Source: an uncultured Gemmatimonadales bacterium
GTDB lineage: Bacteria > Gemmatimonadota > Gemmatimonadetes > Gemmatimonadales > GWC2-71-9
Direction of reading: 5' to 3'
Assembly (NCBI GenBank): GCA_963828735.1
Contig: CAWHFW010000005.1
Coordinates: forward strand, 1 to 64,000
Length of the DNA: 64,000 bases
Positions 57,193 to 64,000 of this stretch are shown here, one piece after another (within the stretch, counting starts at the first letter, position 1; every line of letters begins with the position of its first letter). A program made the translations under genes and the position numbers. Under the pieces are notes generated by a model. The model was given only the letters and a program-made list of their open reading frames with translations. It was not told the origin of the DNA and ran no database searches.

Positions 57193-57347
57193 GTCAGTTG
57201 CGGAGGTACCCAGGGCCCGGCGAAGGTGTCGCTGCCGCCGCTATCCGGCGAAGTCCTGGTGTTGTTCGGGGCGTTGTAGTTGCTGCAGCCCAGAGCGACG
57301 GCCAGCGTGCCGACGGTCAGCGCTGCAGCAGTCCAGTGGATTCGCAT
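57193..57347 (-). CDS. Small lipoprotein (3' end uncertain)
   Basis: GAGGA RBS, MRIHWTAAALTVGTLAVALGC lipobox, polar tail; a TGA at ~57193 in the adjacent frame just precedes the hairpin. Confidence 0.5.
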
Positions 57348-57420
57348 TCGACTGTCCTCGAATCCGTGGTGCTCTGCCGGCGTAGCCCCACGACCGGGCA
57401 GCAGCGGTGATCGCCATCAC

Positions 57421-58738
57421 TCAGCCGGCCGCCAAGCGCTCCTCGCCCCGACCTCCGATCACTTCGACGCCCTCCCGCTGCAGCCTCTGGATCTGCCAGC
57501 GGTCGAGCCGCACGTGGATGTCGAGCATGCCCTCGTTGGCCTCTCGCGAGAGGACCTCGCCCTCGCGGTAGAGGGCGGCCAGCCTCGCACCGTCGCTCAT
57601 GGGCAGACGCACCCGAACCGTCGGGCGGCCGGCGCGGTCCAGCTCGCGCAGGGTCGATTTCAGCGAAGCGATGCCGTCGGTCCGTTGGGTCGTCGTCGTG
57701 ATCGCGCCGGGATACAGTTCACGGACCCGCCCTGCGAAGCCGACCGGGTCGGGCACGGCGTCGATCTTGTTGAATACTGGGACGATCGGCCGGTCGGCGA
57801 GGTCGAGCTCGGCGAGCACCCGCTCGACCACGTGCATCTGGCCTTCCCAGTCGGGATGGCTGGCGTCGACGATATGGATCAGCGTGTCCGCCGCTCGCGC
57901 TTCCTCGAGCGTGGCCCGGAAGCTCGCGACCAGATGGTGTGGGAGCTTGCGGATGAACCCGACCGTATCCGTGACCCGCGCGCGATGTCCCTCGCCGAGA
58001 TCCACCTCGCGTGTCAGCGTGTCGAGCGTGGCGAAAAGCCGGTCCTCGACGAAGATCTCGTGCTGGCCGGAGAGGGCGCGCAGCAGGCTCGACTTGCCGG
58101 CGTTGGTGTAGCCGACGAGCGCGACGCTCAGCATCGGATCCCGGCCGGCGCGGAGGTTCTCGCGATGCCGCTCGACGCCCTTGAGCTTGGCCTTGAGCCC
58201 CTGAATGCGCTGCCGAATGATCCGTCGGTCGGTCTCGAGCTGGGTCTCGCCGGGTCCGCGGAGGCCGATGCCGCCGCGGATACGCGAGAGGTGGGTCCAC
58301 ATCCGGGTGAGACGCGGCAGCATGTACTGGAGCTGTGCCAGCTCGACCTGCAGCTTCGCCTCGTGACTGCGCGCCCGGGTGGAGAAGATGTCGAGGATCA
58401 CCTCGGGACGATCCATGACACGCACCTTGAGCTCGCGCTCGAGGTTGGCGCCCTGCACCGGGCGTCAGTTCCTCGTCGAAGATGACCAGCGTGGCGCCCG
58501 CTTCGGCGACTGCGCCGGCCACTTCCTCGACCTTGCCTTCGCCGATCAGCGTGGCGGGGTTGGGCGACGCGATCTGCTGGGACATCCGGCCGACGACCTC
58601 GGCGCCGGCGGTATCGACCAGGCGGGTGAGCTCCTCGAGATGCTCGGTGACGTGGCGCGCGTCACTCGATCCCTTGCGCGGCGCTGCGATAAGCACGGCG
58701 CGTTCGATCGGATCGCGAACTTGAATCAGTGTCCGAAT
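57421..58738 (-). CDS. hflX: GTPase HflX (single frameshift ~58460)
   Basis: IGEGK, FDEELTP|QGANLE, ILDIF, QVELAQL, GPGETQLETDRR, GYTNAGKS, LFATLD, DTVGFI, NKID. Confidence 0.93.
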
Positions 58739-58944
58739 GACGTCTCCTCGGCGCGTCGCCTCATTGCCCGGTGGTCGGCCGAACGAGCCCGCTCACCTGA
58801 CTCAGCGGCGCACGGCCTTACCGCGTGAATGCTACCTGCTGGTCGCCGATCGGTGTCGCCACCGACGGCTGACCCTTCATCGGATGCGGTAGCTCGCAAC
58901 CCCGTCCCCCGGAATATAGTTGACCGGACCATCGGACCAGACGA

Positions 58945-60344
58945 CTACTCCCGCCCCTCGTCGGGGTCCGCAGGCCCCTGCCCCTGGGCCTCCCCCTCGG
59001 CCTCGGCTCTCTTCCGCGCCCACCACGCGAGCCGCTCCGCCACCTTCTTCTCGTGACCCGAAGGATCCCGGCTGGTACAGCGTGGTACCCCGCAGCTCGT
59101 CCGGCAGATACTCCTGCGCCAGGTACGCATCCGGTGATCGTCGTGCGCATAGCGATATCCCTTGCCGTAACCCAGCTCCTTCATGAGGCCGGTAGGCGCG
59201 TTCCGGATGTGCATCGGCACCGGCGCGGCCGGGGTCTCGCGCGCCGCCTCGAGGGCGGCGCCGAGCGCCAGCCTTGGCACTGTTCGACTTGGGCGCCGTC
59301 GCCAGGTAGATCGTCATCTCCGCGAGCGGCAAGTAACCCTCGGGCGGGCCGAGCATGTGGAAAGCGTCGCGCGCCGCGACGGCCATGATCAGCGCGTTGC
59401 GGATCCGCCAGCCCGACGTCCTCGGCCGCCATGGCGATGGCGCGCCGGAACAGGGTCATCGGGTCCTCGCCGCCGTCGAGCATGCGCGCCATCCAGTAGA
59501 GCGCGCCCTGGGGATCGCTTCCGCGCAGCGACTTGTGATACGCGGAGAGCAGGTTGTAGTGCTCCTCGCCCGACTTGTCGTACCGGGCGAAGCGCTTCTG
59601 CATCGCCTCGCGGGCGACGTCCGCGGTAACGTGATCCGCCCGCTCGCCGACGTGGGCCGCCGCCGCTTCGAGCACGGTGAGCGCGCGTCGCGCGTCGCCG
59701 TCGGCTTCGACCGAGATGGACCGCATCGCGTCATCGTCCACCCTGAGGCGCTGGCCGCCGACGCCACGCTCATCATCCTCGAGCGCCCGACGAAGCAGGG
59801 ACTCGATGTCCTCGGGTGTGAGCGGCTGCAGCACGAACACGCGCGTCCGCGAGAGGAGCGCGCCATTGATCTCAAAGCTCGGATTCTCGGTGGTGGCGCC
59901 GATCAGGGTGATGGTGCCGTCCTCGGACGGCGGGAGGAGGCTGTCCTGTTGCGCCTTGTTGAGCCGGTGGATCTCGTCGACGAAGAGGATGGTCTGGGCG
60001 CCACCGGACTCGAGGCGTCCGCGCGCCGCGCCGACGATCTCCCGGATGCGCGGCACCCCCTCGGTCACCGCGCTGAACGGGACGAACACACGCTGGGACG
60101 TGGTCGCCACGAGATGGGCGAGCGTCGTCTTCCCGCTCCCGGGCGGACCCCAGAAGATCATGGAGCCGGGAACGCCACGCTCGATCGCCTCCCGGAGCGG
60201 CTTCCCGGGGCCGAGCAGATGCGCCTGTCCGACGAACTCGTCGAGCGTGCGTGGCCGCATGCGGGCGGCCAGCGGCTGCGCCTCCCGGGCGGTGGCGGCG
60301 AACAGCGAGGTGCCGCCTTCCTCTCTGCCCTGCTTCCTGGCCAT
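58945..60344 (-). CDS. rarA: Replication-associated recombination protein A (several frameshifts in the 3' part)
   Basis: [70 protein letters not shown]. Confidence 0.92.
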
Positions 60345-61060
60345 CAGCGAACCCATCCCTCCAAGCGCGCTCGGCGAGGAAGAACGCCAGCGCGCCCCCG
60401 AAGAACGCTGCCGCGGTGAGTCCGTCGCGCTTCGCCTGAAACTCGGGCACCAGGTTGGACGCCGCTACGTACAGCGTCACACCCGCCGACACCGCGAGGC
60501 CGTGCCGCGCCAGTCGGCGCTATCTGCTCGGTCAGGAGCACCCCAAGCACTGTCGCCACGCCGAGGACCGCGGCGCCGCCGATCGCCCGGCCGCGTCCCT
60601 GCCCACCGGCCACCATCACGCTGGCGATGGTGACCCCTTCGGGGAGCTTGTGCAGCAGTACGGCCAGGAAAAGCAGAACGCCGAGCCGCCCCGAGACCAG
60701 GAATCCGGTCGCGATCGCGACGCCGTCGAAGAACGTGTGCAGCGTGAGGCCCAGGAGCGCCGAAATCCCGGCCGTGGCGCTCACGCGATGGGTCTCCTCG
60801 CCGAAGTGGAAGTGTGGAGTCAGTACGTGCTGGGCCAGATGCACGGCGAGATACCCGCCGAGCACATAGACCGCGGCGCTCGGCGAGGTGCGCATCACCT
60901 CCGGCAACACGCCCAGTGTCGCCACCGCCAGCATGAAGCCCGCTCCGAACGCGAGGCAGGCGTCGATGAAACGCAGACTGCGGCGCTCACCGCGCACCAC
61001 GGCGAGCGCGCCGGCGACGTTGCCGAGGGCCGCGGCGAGCGCGAACACCAGGGGACTCAC
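60344..61060 (-). CDS. ZIP family metal transporter (frameshift ~60510)
   Basis: AFGAGFML, HFHFGEETH, LHTFFDG, LHKLPEG, then AGVTLYVAASNLVPE in another frame. Confidence 0.88.
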   Translation of the reverse strand: MSPLVFALAAALGNVAGALAVVRGERRSLRFIDACLAFGAGFMLAVATLGVLPEVMRTSPSAAVYVLGGYLAVHLAQHVLTPHFHFGEETHRVSATAGISALLGLTLHTFFDGVAIATGFLVSGRLGVLLFLAVLLHKLPEGVTIASVMVAGGQGRGRAIGGAAVLGVATVLGVLLTEQIAPTGAARPRGVGGCDAVRSGVQPGARVSGEARRTHRGSVLRGRAGVLPRRARLEGWVR

Positions 61061-62247
61061 AGCGACTCCCGGGCGAGCGCCAGCAGCGCGTCGCGCGTGT
61101 TGAGTGACGGATCGTCCAGCACACGGTCCAGCAGGAGGCCCAGCACCTCCCCGATGCGCGCGCCGGCGGCGCCGAGTGCCTGGAGGTCGCGGCCGCTCAC
61201 CGCCAGGTCACCGCGGGCGAGGGGATCACGGCGTGCCCGCGTGTGCGCGACCGCATCCGCCCACGGCACCGGGCTGCCGGTGCGCAGCGCGTGGAGCGCC
61301 ATCAGATCGTCGGCCGCCTTGCCCACGGTGGAGAGCCAGTGGCGCACGGCGCGCGGGTCGCTGCCGGCGGGCGCGGCCGGCCCTCGCCCCATGGCGGCCG
61401 CGCGCTCGATCTCGGCGTTCGACGCCCGGAGGCGGCGCAGCACGTCGGCGGCGTCATCGACCAGGAGGGCGGTGAGCAGGACCGGATCGCGGCGCTCGAG
61501 CGGGGCCGCACCGGTCCGCGCCACCCGCTCGGCGGGCGCGGCCGTGAGCTCGGGCATCCACCATTGTGCCGCTCCGATGCGAACCCACAGATCCACCAGC
61601 TCCGGGACGGCGCGCGCGGTGCGAAGGCCCTTGACCCATTCGTCCCGGACGCGCTCCGCAGAGAGTTGGGCCAGCCCCGGCGCCGACTCCACCGCGGCGG
61701 CCCACGTGGCGGGCTCGATGGCGAATCCGAACCGGGCCGCGAAGCGAACGGCCCTCAGGATGCGCAGATAGTCCTCGCGAAAGCGCTGCGCTGGATCGCC
61801 GACCGCCCGGAGCACGCCGCGATCGAGGTCGGCGCGGCCGCCGTACGGATCGCGCCACTCGTGGCGGATCGGATGATAGGCGATGGCGTTGATGGTGAAG
61901 TCTCGCCGCGCGAGATCGTCCTCGAGCGAAACTCCGTACGCCACGACCGCATGGCGCCCGTCGGTCGTGACGTCGCGGCGGAAGGTGGTTACTTCGTGGA
62001 GCACCCGGTGGCGGTCCAGCACGCCCACGGTGCCGTACTTCTCGCCGACGGGCGCCGTGCGTCGGAACAACGCGAGGACCTGGGCCGGCGTGGCCGACGT
62101 GGCGAAGTCGTAGTCGGTGTGCGGGTGGCCCAACAGGGTGTCGCGAAGGGCGCCGCCGACGCACCAGGCCTCGTGCCCGGCCGATTCGAGCGTCCGGGCG
62201 ATCTCGAGCACCTCCTCCGGCATCGCCGGAGCGGTCGGCGCGCTCAT
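61057..62247 (-). CDS. cca: CCA tRNA nucleotidyltransferase
   Basis: VGGALRD, DYDFAT, EVTTFR, DLARRDFTINAIA, FREDYLRILRAVRF, SAERVRDE. Confidence 0.9.
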   Translation of the reverse strand: MSAPTAPAMPEEVLEIARTLESAGHEAWCVGGALRDTLLGHPHTDYDFATSATPAQVLALFRRTAPVGEKYGTVGVLDRHRVLHEVTTFRRDVTTDGRHAVVAYGVSLEDDLARRDFTINAIAYHPIRHEWRDPYGGRADLDRGVLRAVGDPAQRFREDYLRILRAVRFAARFGFAIEPATWAAAVESAPGLAQLSAERVRDEWVKGLRTARAVPELVDLWVRIGAAQWWMPELTAAPAERVARTGAAPLERRDPVLLTALLVDDAADVLRRLRASNAEIERAAAMGRGPAAPAGSDPRAVRHWLSTVGKAADDLMALHALRTGSPVPWADAVAHTRARRDPLARGDLAVSGRDLQALGAAGARIGEVLGLLLDRVLDDPSLNTRDALLALARESL

Positions 62248-63194
62248 CGACCCCCGTACGCCACGCCGGCCGACAGCGCCAGGACCAGCTCCATGCGTGC
62301 TTGCGACGGCGTGCGGGGACCGGCCGGAATCGCACCCATCGCCACCGTGCGCGCGCCCCCGCCCTCGAACGCGTAGATCGGCGTGACCTCCCCCTGGGCG
62401 CACCGCGTCGCCAGAACGACCGGCTTGCCTTCATCCAGCCAGCGCCGCACGGCGGGCACCGCGCCCGGCGGCATGTTCCCGCTGCCGAACGCCTCGACGA
62501 CGACACCGTCGTGTTCGGGTCGGGCGAGGTCGAGCAGCGTGCCATCGTCGCCCACGACCAGTGAGACCAGCGCGACGCGCGCGCCGAGGTGCTCCGGCCG
62601 CGTGGGGGGCGCCCGCCTGGGCGACACGGCGCCGAAGGTGACCCGGCCGCCTTCGACCCGCCCGATCGGCGCCGCGTGGGGCGCCGAGAATGCCGCCAGG
62701 TCGGTGGCGTGGGTCTTGACCGCCGTCTCGCCGGCGAAAATCTGGCCATTGAACACCACCATGGTCCCTCGTCCCGCGCTCTCCGGGCTCGCGGCCACGC
62801 GCGCGGCGTCGAGCAGGTTCCGCGGGCCGTCCCATCCTTCGTCACTCGACGTCCGCATCGCGCCGGTGATGGCCACCGGCACGCCGGCGGGCAGAGTCCT
62901 GGCCAGCAAGTACGCCGTTTCCTCGATCGTGTCGGTCCCATGCGTGATGACGACGCCGCCAACCTCGCCGCCCTCGGCGATCTCGCGCACGCGCTCGCGC
63001 AGCGCCCACAGGCGATCCTGCCCGAGATGACAGGCGGGCAGCTTGGCCCAGTTCTCGATGCGGAACGGAGAGATCTCGTCGAGTCCCGGCGCGAAGCTCA
63101 CGAGCGCCTCGCCCCCGTGCGTCGGCACGTTGCCCCCCGCGGCGACGTCGCGCTGCATGGAGATGGTGCCGCCGGTGAACAGCAGATGAATCAT
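62244..63194 (-). CDS. L-asparaginase
   Basis: TGGTISM, THGTDTIEETA, TGAMR, DGPRNL, GSGN. Confidence 0.93.
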   Translation of the reverse strand: MIHLLFTGGTISMQRDVAAGGNVPTHGGEALVSFAPGLDEISPFRIENWAKLPACHLGQDRLWALRERVREIAEGGEVGGVVITHGTDTIEETAYLLARTLPAGVPVAITGAMRTSSDEGWDGPRNLLDAARVAASPESAGRGTMVVFNGQIFAGETAVKTHATDLAAFSAPHAAPIGRVEGGRVTFGAVSPRRAPPTRPEHLGARVALVSLVVGDDGTLLDLARPEHDGVVVEAFGSGNMPPGAVPAVRRWLDEGKPVVLATRCAQGEVTPIYAFEGGGARTVAMGAIPAGPRTPSQARMELVLALSAGVAYGGR

Positions 63195-63249
63195 GCCGCC
63201 ACCTCGGCCGACGCGAGGCACCGTTCGCGCACGCCGGCCCCTTCCCCGT

Positions 63250-64000
63250 TCACCCGCACAGGACGCTTCCGCCGTTCACGTTGACGATCTCGCCGGTGAC
63301 GTGGCGCGCGAGGTCGCTACAGAGAAACAGGATCGGCCCCGCGATGTCCTCGGGCGCTGGGATCCGTCGCAGCGGGATCGTGGCCTCCACCCGCGACCGG
63401 CCTTCGCCCTCGAACGCCGGAATGCACATGTCCGTATCGACCCAGCCCGGAGCCACGCAGTTGACCAGGATGTCGGGCGCGTACTCGATCGCCAGCGACT
63501 TGGTGAGCGCGATGACGGCGCCCTTCGTCGCCGCGTAGTCGCCGTGGTAGGCCTCCCCGCGTTGACCCGCCGTGCTCGACACGAGCACGACCCGCCCACC
63601 CGGGCCCATCAGGCCGAGCGCGGCCTTCGTGCTCAGGAAGATCGCATCGAGATTGGCCGACATCGTCGCCCGCCACCGCTCCACTGACAGTGCGCCGAGG
63701 GGCACGTCGGCCGGCGGCCAGATACCGGCGTTGGCCACGAAGCAGTCGAGCCGGCCGAACGCCCGGCCCACGCCGTCCGCCATTGCCTCCACGACTGCGG
63801 GATCGGCCAGGTCGCCGCCGAAGACGGCCGCCCGGCGGCCGAGCGTTCGGATCTCCGCTCCGACCGCCTCGGCATCCGTGTCGCGCGTGTGATAGGTGAT
63901 GGCGACGTCCGCGCCGGCCCGGGCCAGGAGCAGCGCGGTGGCGCGCCCGATGCCTCGGCTCCCGCCCGTGACGAGCGCCGTGCGGCCCGCGAGCGAGATC
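63250..64000 (-). CDS. SDR (FabG-like) oxidoreductase; start codon straddles the window edge
   Basis: ISLAGRTALVTGGSRGIG, ANAG, YAATK, PGWVDTDM, VNGG. Confidence 0.92.
   Translation of the reverse strand, partial: ISLAGRTALVTGGSRGIGRATALLLARAGADVAITYHTRDTDAEAVGAEIRTLGRRAAVFGGDLADPAVVEAMADGVGRAFGRLDCFVANAGIWPPADVPLGALSVERWRATMSANLDAIFLSTKAALGLMGPGGRVVLVSSTAGQRGEAYHGDYAATKGAVIALTKSLAIEYAPDILVNCVAPGWVDTDMCIPAFEGEGRSRVEATIPLRRIPAPEDIAGPILFLCSDLARHVTGEIVNVNGGSVLCG

Overview
GC-rich bacterial window with two parts. (1) 1-~7680 is a visibly less GC-rich, frameshift-rich mosaic resembling an alphaproteobacterial prophage or satellite remnant. It holds a tyrosine integrase, a DUF3631-type ATPase, a VWA protein, terminase and exonuclease scraps, and a secreted Gly/Tyr/Ser tandem-repeat protein. 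It abuts an N-terminally truncated M28 peptidase, which points to an insertion or an assembly chimera. (2) ~7680-64000 looks like host chromosome (Gemmatimonadota-like by gene content; inference). It holds an accessory zone downstream of tRNA-Ile2(CAT), divided by two extra copies of the tRNA 3' half. Next is a split, selenocysteine-containing NAD-linked formate dehydrogenase operon with a SECIS, fdhD, mobB and a LysR gene. A ~30 kb Wzx/Wzy polysaccharide locus contains an unusual NeuB + KdsC-like phosphatase + SDR + aldehyde dehydrogenase + CMP-transferase + transketolase module, a candidate route to an oxidised 3-deoxy-ulosonic/ulosaric acid. A perfect Rex-type operator precedes a divergent isocitrate-lyase-family gene. 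The window ends with housekeeping genes (hflX, rarA, ZIP transporter, CCA enzyme, asparaginase, SDR). All family calls come from motif recognition by eye; no database searches were run.
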